A stretch of DNA of 64,000 nucleotides from Candidatus Omnitrophota bacterium (GTDB lineage Bacteria; Omnitrophota; Omnitrophia; Omnitrophales; Aquincolibacteriaceae). The position numbers were made by a program, and so were the translations under genes. Shown here one piece after another: positions 50,897 through 60,493 of this stretch. The notes under the pieces are model-generated. The model made no database searches. It was not told where the DNA came from and saw only the letters and a program-made list of their open reading frames with translations. The stretch is from positions 129,771 through 193,770 of the forward strand of contig JAKLIQ010000003.1 of assembly GCA_022709525.1 (NCBI GenBank). The letters are read 5' to 3'. How positions within the stretch are numbered: the first letter of the stretch is position 1; every line of letters begins with the position of its first letter.

Positions 50897-51370
50897 ATGC
50901 TTGATATGAAGATCACCGATTTTTTAAGCGTGAAAGGCATCAAAGTCGATCTAGAAGCGACCGACAAAGAAGGTATTTTAAAAGAGATGGTCGATCTCCT
51001 TGCCGAGGTCAAGGACGTGGGGGATAAGAAAAATATCCTCCGGGCCCTCATCGAACGCGAAAATCTTGGTTCGACCGGCATCGGACAAGGGATCGCGATC
51101 CCGCACGGCAAGACCGACAAAGTGGACGGCCTTGTGGCCGTGCTCGGTGTGAGCCGCAAGGGCGTGAATTTCGAGGCGCTGGACGGCGAGCCGGTCTACA
51201 TCCTTTTTCTGCTTGTCGCGCCTAAAGACACCGCGGGACCGCATCTTAAAGCGCTCGCCCAGATCTCACGGCTCCTTCGCGACACCTATTTTTGCGAACT
51301 GATCCGGAAGTGCAAGACCCCCAAAGATATTTTTGATCTGATCGCGAAAGAAGAGAACCGGAAGAATTGA
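50897..51370 (+). CDS. ptsN: PTS IIA(Ntr)-type protein
   Basis: GIAIPHGKTDKV…VYILFLLVAP. Confidence 0.75.
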   Translation: MLDMKITDFLSVKGIKVDLEATDKEGILKEMVDLLAEVKDVGDKKNILRALIERENLGSTGIGQGIAIPHGKTDKVDGLVAVLGVSRKGVNFEALDGEPVYILFLLVAPKDTAGPHLKALAQISRLLRDTYFCELIRKCKTPKDIFDLIAKEENRKN

Positions 51371-51398
51371 TCCGGGAAAAATTCCAAGGCGATCACCT

Positions 51399-52658
51399 AT
51401 GAAATTCTTTAAGTGGCTCTATCCGGGGATCGGCATCAAGCGATGGATCATCCTCTGTTCGCTGGGGCTTGGGTTCATCGTGGTGGTGGCGCTTCTGACG
51501 GTCAAGACCATGTCCAAAACGAGCGTGCTTTTGGCCTCTTTTGCCACAGCCCTTTTGATCCTCGGGATCTTTCTCATTTATACCTCGATCAAGCATATGG
51601 TGCGGATCTTTGTCCGCGCCTTGATGCCTTTAAACGGCGATGACTCGCTGGTCGATATCGTTTATCAAAAACGCCGGGTGGACTCCTTGCTCCACGGCCC
51701 GCGCGTTGTGGCTATCGGCGGCGGCACCGGCCTAAGCACCATGCTTTCGGGTATCAAGACCGTGACAAGCAACATCACGGCGATCGTGACCGTGACCGAT
51801 ACCGGCGGCAGTTCCGGCCGGCTGCGCGACGAAATGGATATTTTGCCACCGGGCGATATCCGTAACTGTCTCGTCGCTTTGGCGGACGCGGGTCCGCTCA
51901 TCCGGGACCTTTTTCAGTACCGTTTTGAGCTTGGCGAGGGGCTGAAAGGGCACAGCTTTGGGAATCTTTTCATCACGGCGCTTTCAATGGTCACGGGCGA
52001 TTTTGAAAAAGCGATCGCGGAATCCAGCAAAGTGCTTGCCATCCGCGGGCGTGTGCTTCCCTCTACGCTTGAAAAAGTGACGATCGTTGGCGAGTTCATG
52101 GATGGGACCTCCGCCGAAGGCGAGACCCATATCACGGGGCTGAAGAAGCCCCTGCGTAGCATCCGTCTCCGTCCCGACGATTGTAAGGCGTGCCAGGAAG
52201 CCCTCGATGCGATCGAGATCGCGGATCTGATCATCATGGGACCGGGGAGCCTTTATACGAGCATTCTGCCGAATCTTTTGATCAAGGACATCCGCGAAGC
52301 GGTGCTGCGTTCCGATGCTTACAAGGTCTATATCATGAACGCCATGACCCAGCCGGGCGAGACCACGGGCATGAGCGCGTGGGATCATTTGAACGTGATC
52401 ATCGATCACACCGATCCGCGGATCATCGACGCCTGTTTTGTGAACACCGCGACGATCCCGGAGGGGATGCTCCAGCGTTACGCCAAGCAAGGATCGGTGC
52501 CCGTGAAGTTGAACATTGAAAAGATCCGCGAAAAAGGGTATCGCATTATCCAGGGGGACGTGCTCCAAGAAGGGGAACAGGTGCGCCACGATTCGGAGCG
52601 CCTCATGAAATTGATCCTGGATCATTACAAAGAACACATCCAACGGGCGAAGGAATAA
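51399..52658 (+). CDS. YvcK/CofD-family (UPF0052, gluconeogenesis factor) protein with ~90-aa N-terminal two-TM extension
   Basis: VVAIGGGTGLSTMLSGIK…VTVTDTGGSSGRLR. Confidence 0.7.
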   Translation: MKFFKWLYPGIGIKRWIILCSLGLGFIVVVALLTVKTMSKTSVLLASFATALLILGIFLIYTSIKHMVRIFVRALMPLNGDDSLVDIVYQKRRVDSLLHGPRVVAIGGGTGLSTMLSGIKTVTSNITAIVTVTDTGGSSGRLRDEMDILPPGDIRNCLVALADAGPLIRDLFQYRFELGEGLKGHSFGNLFITALSMVTGDFEKAIAESSKVLAIRGRVLPSTLEKVTIVGEFMDGTSAEGETHITGLKKPLRSIRLRPDDCKACQEALDAIEIADLIIMGPGSLYTSILPNLLIKDIREAVLRSDAYKVYIMNAMTQPGETTGMSAWDHLNVIIDHTDPRIIDACFVNTATIPEGMLQRYAKQGSVPVKLNIEKIREKGYRIIQGDVLQEGEQVRHDSERLMKLILDHYKEHIQRAKE

Positions 52659-52665
52659 AAAGGCG

Positions 52666-52962
52666 ATGCCAACAAGACGTAAAAAAACCGGACTAGGAAC
52701 CGTCGAACGGACCTTTGTGATCGGCAGCAAGTTGGGTCTTCACGCGCGCCCCGCCGCGGTGTTCGTCCAAACCGCCAACCGTTTTGAATCTTCGGTGGAA
52801 GTTCAAAAAGACGATCTTAAAGTGGACGGTAAATCGATCATGGGGATCATGACCCTGGCGGCAGAGGTGGGTTCCTCCGTCACGGTCCGGCTCACCGGCA
52901 AAGACGCCGCAGAGGCCATGGAAGCGTTGGCCAAACTTTTCGATTCTAACTTCGGAGAATAA
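52666..52962 (+). CDS. ptsH: HPr/NPr phosphocarrier protein
   Basis: FVIGSKLGLHARPAAVFVQTA (His-15 region). Confidence 0.8.
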   Translation: MPTRRKKTGLGTVERTFVIGSKLGLHARPAAVFVQTANRFESSVEVQKDDLKVDGKSIMGIMTLAAEVGSSVTVRLTGKDAAEAMEALAKLFDSNFGE

Positions 52963-52965
52963 ACC

Positions 52966-54714
52966 ATGAAAGAATACCAGGGGATCGGGGTTTCGCCGGG
53001 AGTCGCCATCGGAAAGGTTTTCGTGCTGCACAGCGGCGAATCCTTCAATCTGCCCAAGCGCGTCGTCGGCCCGGAGCAGATCTCCAACGAGATCGCGCGG
53101 TTCGAAGAGGCGCTGACACGCACCCGCACCGAGATCCTCGGGATCCGCCGGAAGCTTTCCGACCAGATCGGCCGGGAGAGCTCCGATATTTTTACAGCGC
53201 ATCTTTTGATCCTTGAAGACCGTACCTTGATCGAGGACGTGATCGAAGTGATCAAGAACGAAAGGGTCGGCGCGGAATACGCTTTCGCGGCCGTGATCCA
53301 GCGCTACTTTCAGGCTTTTTCCCAGATCAATGACGAATACCTCAAAGAACGCATCTCGGATATCCGCGATGTGGGCAAACGCCTTCTCGGGAACCTTTGC
53401 GGTGAGGAGAAAAAACGCCTCGAGGAATTTCAGGGGAAAGTGATCATCGCTTCACACGATCTCTCGCCTTCGGATACCGCTTCCCTTGATAAGAACAAGG
53501 TCCTGGCGTTCGTGACCGAGATCGGAGGGCCCACCTCGCATACGGCTATTCTCGGCCGTTCGCTCGAGATCCCCGCGATCGTCGGCATCGATAAGATCGT
53601 CAATGAACTCCAAGACGATGACACGATCATTGTGGACGGGACGCACGGTGTCGTGGTCATCAATCCCGACCAGCATACGATCGACAAGTTCAATTCTCAG
53701 GGGGACCGTTTTGTCCAGCTGACCAATGAGCTCGATAAACTTCGCGAGCTTCCGGCCGAGACGCTCGACGGAAAACGCATTATTTTAAGCGCCAATATCG
53801 AGTTCCATCATGAAATACCTTCCGTGTTCTCGCACGGCGGCGAAGGGGTCGGGCTTTACCGCACGGAATATTTTTATATGAACCGGACAACGCTTCCGAC
53901 CGAGCAGGAACAGTATGAGGCCTACCGCAAAGTGGCCGAGACTATGCACCCGCATCAGGTCATCATCCGCACCCTTGATCTCGGCGGGGACAAGTTTGCC
54001 TCGTCCTTAGAGATCCCGCATGAAATGAACCCCTCGCTTGGCTGGCGCGCCATCCGGTTCTGCCTGATGCGCAAGGATATCTTCAAAACGCAACTGCGGG
54101 CCATTCTCCGGGCCAGCGCCCACGGGAACTTGAAGATCATGTATCCAATGATCGCAAGCGTCTACGAGATCCGCGCGGCGCGGGAGGTCCTGAACGAAGC
54201 AAAAACCGAACTTGAAAGGGAGGGATTCCCGTTCAATAAAGATATCCGCGTGGGTGCCATGGTCGAGATCCCCTCAGCGGCGCTCGCCAGCGATGTGCTC
54301 GCTAAGGAAGTGGATTTCTTCTCCCTTGGCACGAACGACCTCATCCAGTATGTGCTCGCGATCGATCGCATGAATGAAAAGATCGCCTATATTTACGAGC
54401 CGACCCATCCGGCCATTATCCGTTTGATCGATATGACGATCCGCAACGGCCACGGCCACAATATCTGGGTGGGAAGTTGCGGCGAGATGTCTTCGGACCC
54501 CGCGATCGCGCTCTTCCTTGTCGGGCTCGGGATCGACGAGATCAGTGCAAGCCCGGTGGCCCTTCCCAAGATCAAAAAAGCGATCCGTTCGGTCCGCTAT
54601 GCGGACGCTTGCGAGATCGCTCAGCGGGCCCTCGCGTTCCATACAGGCAAAGAAGTTTATGATTTCCTGAAAGAAAAACTCAAAGGCGTTTGTCAGGAAC
54701 TGGTCGACGAATAA
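52966..54714 (+). CDS. ptsI: PEP-protein phosphotransferase Enzyme I
   Basis: GGPTSHTAILGRSLEIPAIVG, PEP-utilizing C-domain. Confidence 0.85.
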   Translation: MKEYQGIGVSPGVAIGKVFVLHSGESFNLPKRVVGPEQISNEIARFEEALTRTRTEILGIRRKLSDQIGRESSDIFTAHLLILEDRTLIEDVIEVIKNERVGAEYAFAAVIQRYFQAFSQINDEYLKERISDIRDVGKRLLGNLCGEEKKRLEEFQGKVIIASHDLSPSDTASLDKNKVLAFVTEIGGPTSHTAILGRSLEIPAIVGIDKIVNELQDDDTIIVDGTHGVVVINPDQHTIDKFNSQGDRFVQLTNELDKLRELPAETLDGKRIILSANIEFHHEIPSVFSHGGEGVGLYRTEYFYMNRTTLPTEQEQYEAYRKVAETMHPHQVIIRTLDLGGDKFASSLEIPHEMNPSLGWRAIRFCLMRKDIFKTQLRAILRASAHGNLKIMYPMIASVYEIRAAREVLNEAKTELEREGFPFNKDIRVGAMVEIPSAALASDVLAKEVDFFSLGTNDLIQYVLAIDRMNEKIAYIYEPTHPAIIRLIDMTIRNGHGHNIWVGSCGEMSSDPAIALFLVGLGIDEISASPVALPKIKKAIRSVRYADACEIAQRALAFHTGKEVYDFLKEKLKGVCQELVDE

Positions 54715-55703
54715 TGGAAGCTTATCTTAAAGATCTGGGTCCTCAGATCGTCAAAGCCCGCGCGATCGCCGCCGGCATCAGTCTTTCCCCGTCTTTCATC
54801 AAACGGCCCGCGAAGGTCCTCTATTGCGGGATGGGCGGATCCGCCATTAGCGGCGACATTCTCGGAACGATCGCTCAAAGCCGTTCCCGTATCCATTGGA
54901 CCGTGAACCGCACTTCGCGCCTTCCCGAATGGGTCGACTCCAAAACGATCGTGATCCTTTCCAGTTATTCCGGCAACACTCATGAGGTCCGGTCGATCTT
55001 TGAACAGGCTGTGGCGCGAAAGGCCCATTTTCTGGTGGTAGCTTCCGGGGGATGGCTTGCGGAGGAAGCGTTAAAAAGGAAGATCCCGTTCTTCCGCCTG
55101 CCGCAGGGTTATCCGCCGCGGTTCGCGATCGGCTATACGACCTTTTCGCTTCTTTTTCTTTTCATGCGTTACAAATGGTTCTCGGTCTCCGGAAAAGAGA
55201 TCCAGGAAGTGATCCGGGCCGTGAAACGCTTTCCTCAAAAAGAAGCCCACCGCCTTGCCAAACGGCTTTTTGAAAAAAATATTGCGATCTACGGGGGCGG
55301 CCTCATGCAATCGGCCGCTTTGCGGTGGCGCACCCAATTGGCGGAAAATGCGAAAACACTCGCTTCCTGCGAAGCGTTGCCCGAAATGTTCCACCATGAG
55401 ATCGAAGGATGGACCTTCCCGGTTTTTAAGGTCAAAAATTCCGTCGCGATCTTCTTGACGGACCGGAATGAACCGGACTGGCTTTTAAAGAAAAAACAAG
55501 TGGCCATGAAAGTGATCCGCGAAGGCGGCGCCGAGACGATCGAACTGAAGACGGCCGGCCAAGGGGCCCTGGCCCGTATTTTTTCCATGATCCTGCTCGG
55601 CGATTGGACAAGCTGTGAGCTTGCGAAGCTCTGCAAGGTCGATCCGATGTCGATCGGGGCGATCGATCGCATCAAAAAGGCGGTTCACCCCGTTAGAGAC
55701 TAA
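54714..55703 (+). CDS. SIS-domain bifunctional phosphoglucose/phosphomannose isomerase family protein
   Basis: VLYCGMGGSAISGDILGT; last residues HPVRD* encoded by left IR of copy D. Confidence 0.6.
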   Translation: MEAYLKDLGPQIVKARAIAAGISLSPSFIKRPAKVLYCGMGGSAISGDILGTIAQSRSRIHWTVNRTSRLPEWVDSKTIVILSSYSGNTHEVRSIFEQAVARKAHFLVVASGGWLAEEALKRKIPFFRLPQGYPPRFAIGYTTFSLLFLFMRYKWFSVSGKEIQEVIRAVKRFPQKEAHRLAKRLFEKNIAIYGGGLMQSAALRWRTQLAENAKTLASCEALPEMFHHEIEGWTFPVFKVKNSVAIFLTDRNEPDWLLKKKQVAMKVIREGGAETIELKTAGQGALARIFSMILLGDWTSCELAKLCKVDPMSIGAIDRIKKAVHPVRD

Positions 55704-55816
55704 CAGGGGAACGCTTTGTGATTTTTTGAGATGAAAAAGATGGGATCTCTGAAGAAACTCTTCAATCATTATTTAACGGAAGCGCCCGAAAAGGCGCTTC
55801 CTGTCTCTAACGGGGT
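55687..55816. repeat. Inverted-repeat mini-element copy D (ACCCCGTTAGAGAC…GTCTCTAACGGGGT)
   Basis: Perfect 14-bp reverse-complement termini 55687-55700 / 55803-55816; interior has strong hairpin GAAGCGCC-cgaaaa-GGCGCTTC and a 31-codon ORF. Confidence 0.55.
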
Positions 55817-55822
55817 AAATTC

Positions 55823-56587
55823 ATGAGCTTAAAAGTCATCATTCTTTGCGCCGGTTACGCGACCCGCCTTTACCCCTTGACGGAGAATATGCCAAAGCCG
55901 CTTCTTCCGGTCGGGAAGAAGCCCATCCTTGAATGGATCTTGGAAAGGGTCCAAAAAGTCCGTGAAGTGGAAGCCGTTTATCTCGTGAGCAACCAAAAGT
56001 TCGCCGGGCATTTCGAGAACTGGGCCGAAAAAGCGAAATACCCCTGGCCTATTCAGGTTGTGAACGATCACACGACAAGCAACGAGACCCGCCTGGGGGC
56101 CATCGGGGACCTGGCTTATGTGATCGAAACGGAAAAGCTCGCTCCTTCGGACCTTTTGGTGATCGCCGGCGATAATTTCTTCGATTTCGATCTTGTTTCG
56201 TTCGTGGATTTCGGCAACAGAAAAAGGCCGCACGGCGTGATCGCGGTTTATGACGTCGGGGATAAAGAGCTTGCAAAGCGCTATGGCCTGGTGCGGGTCG
56301 ATCCGGAAGGGAAGATCCTCGAATTCCAGGAAAAACCGCCGCAGCCGGCCACCACGCTTGCCTCCAGCGGCATTTACTGGCTCCCGAAGGAGGCCTGGAC
56401 CTTGCTTGACAGGTATATCGCTAGCGGCCATAATACAGACCAACCCGGCCATTATATGCGCTGGCTGGCCGAAACATCGGGCCTTTTCGCTTTTTCTCTC
56501 AAGGGGAAGTGGTTGGATATAGGCGACCTTGCCTCCTATGAGAAAGCCAACGCCATCGTCAATACCCCAAACAAACCAAAGGAGTAG
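55823..56587 (+). CDS. Sugar-1-phosphate nucleotidyltransferase (RmlA/HddC-like)
   Basis: [30 protein letters not shown]. Confidence 0.7.
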   Translation: MSLKVIILCAGYATRLYPLTENMPKPLLPVGKKPILEWILERVQKVREVEAVYLVSNQKFAGHFENWAEKAKYPWPIQVVNDHTTSNETRLGAIGDLAYVIETEKLAPSDLLVIAGDNFFDFDLVSFVDFGNRKRPHGVIAVYDVGDKELAKRYGLVRVDPEGKILEFQEKPPQPATTLASSGIYWLPKEAWTLLDRYIASGHNTDQPGHYMRWLAETSGLFAFSLKGKWLDIGDLASYEKANAIVNTPNKPKE

Positions 56588-56594
56588 CATTGTC

Positions 56595-57782
56595 ATGAAA
56601 AAAGGGCATTATTTCTTCACTTCCGAATCCGTTTCTGAGGGTCATCCGGACAAGCTTTGCGATCAGGTTTCCGACGCCATATTGGACGCTTATCTTGCCG
56701 GGGATCCCGCTTCCCGCGTGGCCTGCGAATGTCTCGCCACGACCGATCGCTTGACCATCGCCGGCGAGATCACAAGCAAGACCAAAGTTGACGCCGAAAA
56801 AGTCGCGCGTGAGGTCATCAAGAAGATCGGTTATACGGATCCCAAGATCGGCTTTGACTACAAGGCCTGCAAGATCGATATTGCGCTTCACACCCAGTCT
56901 CCCGATATCGCAATGGGAGTCGACACCGGCGGCGCCGGCGACCAAGGCATGATGTTCGGATACGCGACCGATGAAACGGAAGAGCTGATGCCGCTTCCGA
57001 TCGTGCTCGCGCATAAACTGGTCCGCTATTTGACCGCGGTCAGAAAATCCGGCAAGATCAAATACCTTCGGCCGGATTCCAAAAGCCAGGTGACGGTCGA
57101 GTATGACAATGAAAAACCTCTACGCGTGGATGCGATCGTGCTTTCTTCGCAACATGACGGGGATGTCACGCTTCCGACGATCACCAAGGACCTCACGGAA
57201 AAAGTGATCAAAAAAGTCATTCCGGCGAACTTGCTGGATAAGAACACCAAGATCTTTATCAACCCGACCGGGCGTTTTGAAGTCGGCGGGCCGCACGGGG
57301 ACACGGGCCTCACGGGCCGCAAGATCATCGTCGACACGTATGGCGGCATGGGGCGCCACGGCGGCGGCGCTTTCAGCGGCAAAGATCCTTCCAAAGTGGA
57401 CCGTTCCGCGGCTTATTTTGCGCGCTATGTCGCCAAGAATATCGTGGCTGCGGGCCTCGCGGGCAGTTGCGAGATCCAGGTCTCTTACGCGATCGGCGTC
57501 GCGCAGCCCGTTTCGATCCGCGTGGACACCTTCGGCACGAACAAGGTCAGCGAAGAGGCGATCTCGGAAGCTGTCACAAAGGTGTTCGATTTTACGCCGC
57601 GCGGGATCATCAGCACTCTTGATCTTCGCCGTCCGATCTATAACAAGACCGCCGCGTACGGGCATTTCGGCCGAAGCGAAGCCGGGTTTACTTGGGAGAA
57701 AACGGACAAGGTTGAAGCGCTTCGTAAAGCTTTGAAGCTCAAGACCGGTTGTTCTTGCAGTAAGGTAACGGCGGCATGCTGA
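56595..57782 (+). CDS. metK: S-adenosylmethionine synthetase
   Basis: [34 protein letters not shown]. Confidence 0.9.
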   Translation: MKKGHYFFTSESVSEGHPDKLCDQVSDAILDAYLAGDPASRVACECLATTDRLTIAGEITSKTKVDAEKVAREVIKKIGYTDPKIGFDYKACKIDIALHTQSPDIAMGVDTGGAGDQGMMFGYATDETEELMPLPIVLAHKLVRYLTAVRKSGKIKYLRPDSKSQVTVEYDNEKPLRVDAIVLSSQHDGDVTLPTITKDLTEKVIKKVIPANLLDKNTKIFINPTGRFEVGGPHGDTGLTGRKIIVDTYGGMGRHGGGAFSGKDPSKVDRSAAYFARYVAKNIVAAGLAGSCEIQVSYAIGVAQPVSIRVDTFGTNKVSEEAISEAVTKVFDFTPRGIISTLDLRRPIYNKTAAYGHFGRSEAGFTWEKTDKVEALRKALKLKTGCSCSKVTAAC

Positions 57783-57805
57783 TCGCGGCCCCAAGAAAGA
57801 AAGTT

Positions 57806-59227
57806 ATGAAAAAAAGTACGCTCAAAGCCAAAAACGATTTCAAGGTCGCGGACCTTTCTCTGGCTGATTGGGGCCGCAAAGAGATCGATATGGCGGAAAA
57901 AGAAATGCCGGGGCTTATGGCGACCCGCAAGAAATACGGGGCGCAAAAACCTCTCAAAGGAAAGCGGATCATGGGCAGTCTCCACATGACGATCCAGACC
58001 GCGGTCCTCATTGAGACTTTGGTCGAGCTTGGCGCCGACGTGCGTTGGTGCTCTTGCAATATTTTCTCGACACAGGACCATGCCGCGGCGGCGATCGCGG
58101 CCAAAGGCATTCCGGTCTTTGCGTGGAAAGGGGAAACCCTTGAGGAATACTGGTGGTGCACGCTTCAGGCTCTTAGTTTTCCGGGCGGCAAGGGGCCGAA
58201 CCTCGTCGTTGATGACGGCGGTGATGCGACGCTCATGATCCATCTGGGTTATGAGGCGGAAAAAAATCCCAGGATCCTGGATAAAAAAGTCGAGACCAAG
58301 GACGAGATCGAGCTGTTTGGTCTTTTGAAAAGAACTCTTAAGGAAGAGCCAAAAAAATGGCACGGCGTTGTCAAGGAGTGGGAAGGTGTTTCCGAAGAGA
58401 CCACAACCGGTGTTCACCGGCTTTACAAGATGCAGGAAGAAGGCAAACTTCTTGTTCCGGCCATCAATGTTAACGACTCGGTGACCAAATCCAAGTTCGA
58501 TAATCTTTACGGTTGCCGCGAATCCTTAGCCGACGGCATCAAGCGCGCGACCGATGTCATGGTTGCGGGCAAGATTGCCGTGATCCTGGGTTATGGGGAC
58601 GTGGGGAAAGGCAGCGCGCAGTCCCTGGCCGGGTTAAAGGCCCGCATCATTGTGACCGAGATCGATCCCATCTGCGCCCTCCAGGCGGCGATGGCCGGCT
58701 ATCAGGTGGCGCGGCTTGAAGATGTCCTTGCGACCGGCGATATTTTTGTCACAGCCACGGGGAATGTGGATGTGATCACCGCGGAACACATGTCTAAGAT
58801 GAAAGACGAAGCGATCGTCTGCAACATCGGGCACTTCGATAACGAGATCCAGGTCGCCCAGCTTGAAAAATGGCCGGGCATCAAAAAGATCAACATCAAA
58901 CCTCAGGTCGACAAATATGTTTTCCCGGACGGGCATTCCGTGATTCTTTTGGCGGAAGGCCGTCTCGTGAACCTCGGCTGCGCGACGGGCCATCCGAGCT
59001 TTGTGATGTCGAATTCCTTCACAAACCAAACACTTGCGCAGATCGATCTGGCGCTTCATCCGAAAAAACCGGGCGTTTACCGCCTCGATAAAAAACTCGA
59101 TGAGGAAGTCGCGCGGCTGCATCTTGATAAGCTCGGAGCGCGGCTCACCAAACTTACGAAAAAACAGGCCGACTATCTCGGTATTCCTTCCGACGGCCCG
59201 TTCAAACCCGACCACTACAAGTACTAA
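57806..59227 (+). CDS. ahcY: Adenosylhomocysteinase
   Basis: NAD-binding [20 protein letters not shown]. Confidence 0.9.
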   Translation: MKKSTLKAKNDFKVADLSLADWGRKEIDMAEKEMPGLMATRKKYGAQKPLKGKRIMGSLHMTIQTAVLIETLVELGADVRWCSCNIFSTQDHAAAAIAAKGIPVFAWKGETLEEYWWCTLQALSFPGGKGPNLVVDDGGDATLMIHLGYEAEKNPRILDKKVETKDEIELFGLLKRTLKEEPKKWHGVVKEWEGVSEETTTGVHRLYKMQEEGKLLVPAINVNDSVTKSKFDNLYGCRESLADGIKRATDVMVAGKIAVILGYGDVGKGSAQSLAGLKARIIVTEIDPICALQAAMAGYQVARLEDVLATGDIFVTATGNVDVITAEHMSKMKDEAIVCNIGHFDNEIQVAQLEKWPGIKKINIKPQVDKYVFPDGHSVILLAEGRLVNLGCATGHPSFVMSNSFTNQTLAQIDLALHPKKPGVYRLDKKLDEEVARLHLDKLGARLTKLTKKQADYLGIPSDGPFKPDHYKY

Positions 59228-59256
59228 ACCCCGCAGAGACCCGGTCTCTACGGGGT
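59228..59256. repeat. Compact hairpin related to the IR family (ACCCCGCAGAGAC-ccg-GTCTCTACGGGGT)
   Basis: Arms differ from family consensus by one indel each; abuts ahcY stop. Confidence 0.4.
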
Positions 59257-59279
59257 AGAGTGCGTCGCACCGGAAAGCC

Positions 59280-60422
59280 ATGCAAAACTTCACGTTCAAA
59301 AATCCCACGGAGATCCTCTTCGGCAAAGGCATGATCCGCGAGGTCGCGGGCCGCCTCCCGAAGGACCAATCCGTCCTTTTTCTTTACGGCGGCGGCTCGA
59401 TCAAGAAAAATGGCGTCTATGAGCAGGTGAGATCGGCGCTCAAAGGTTATCGCGTGACGGAATTCTCCGGGATCGAAGCGAACCCGCTTTATGAGACCTG
59501 CCTCAAAGCCGTTGATGTCGTCAAAAAAGAAAAGATCGGCTTTATTCTCGCGGTGGGGGGCGGTTCGGTCCTTGATGCCGCCAAATTCATCGCGGCCGCA
59601 GCCTGTTTTAAAGGAAATGATCTTTGGTCGATCCTCCGTGAATGCGGCAACAATGTAAAAGACGCGCTTCCTGTCGGCGCTGTTTTGACGCTTCCGGCGA
59701 CCGGCTCTGAAGCCAACGGCAATTCTGTGATCTCCCGGCAGTCGACCCAAGAAAAATTATACTTTCATTCTCCTTATGTTTATCCTGTCTTTTCCGTTTT
59801 GGACCCCGAAACGACCTTTTCACTTTCCGCCAAGCAGGTTCGCAACGGGATCGTGGATACCTTTGTTCACATCATGGAGCAATACATGACTTATCCGGCG
59901 CAAACGCCTCTCCAGGACCGGCTTGCGGAATCGCTTCTCCAAACCTTAATTGAAGTGACGCCCGTGCTTTTCAAGAAGCCCAAGGATTATGAATCCCGGG
60001 CGACTTTTATGTGGACCGCTACGCTGGCCCTGAACGGTTTGATCGGATGCGGCGTGCCGGAGGACTGGTCGACGCACATGATCGCTCACGAGCTCACCGC
60101 GTTCTACGGCCTTGACCACGCCGAAACGCTTGCCATCGTCATGCCGGGGGTTTGGCAGTACAAGCTGACCGCAAAAAAGAAAAAACTCGAACAATACGGC
60201 CGCCGCGTTTGGAACGTGAAGACCGCCAAAGACGCGATGACCCGGACTGAGGCGTTCTTTCATTCGATCAAAATGCTGACCCGTTTCGGAGATTATAAAA
60301 TTTCCGCCAAAGAGGCGGCCCGGAAAGTACGCGAGCGTTTTGCGGAACGCGACTCCGTTTTTGGCGAACACGAGGATATTACACCGGACGCCGTTGCGAA
60401 GATCCTTTTGTCGCGCGCTTGA
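59280..60422 (+). CDS. Iron-containing alcohol dehydrogenase (YqhD/BdhA-like)
   Basis: GGGSVLDAAKFIA, Fe-ADH signature region GLDHAETLAIVMP. Confidence 0.8.
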   Translation: MQNFTFKNPTEILFGKGMIREVAGRLPKDQSVLFLYGGGSIKKNGVYEQVRSALKGYRVTEFSGIEANPLYETCLKAVDVVKKEKIGFILAVGGGSVLDAAKFIAAAACFKGNDLWSILRECGNNVKDALPVGAVLTLPATGSEANGNSVISRQSTQEKLYFHSPYVYPVFSVLDPETTFSLSAKQVRNGIVDTFVHIMEQYMTYPAQTPLQDRLAESLLQTLIEVTPVLFKKPKDYESRATFMWTATLALNGLIGCGVPEDWSTHMIAHELTAFYGLDHAETLAIVMPGVWQYKLTAKKKKLEQYGRRVWNVKTAKDAMTRTEAFFHSIKMLTRFGDYKISAKEAARKVRERFAERDSVFGEHEDITPDAVAKILLSRA

Positions 60423-60493
60423 TTTGTCCTGAAAATCAAAGAAACAGCGGGCTTTTTAGAGCGGCCCTTCCCGATAAAAAATAAAAATTAATC

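Noticed and set aside
55731-55826. 31-codon ORF inside repeat copy D ([31 protein letters not shown]) as a real gene
   Set aside because: It has no SD, lies inside a repeat element and its end is IR-encoded. This is more likely fortuitous, so it is kept as an observation only.
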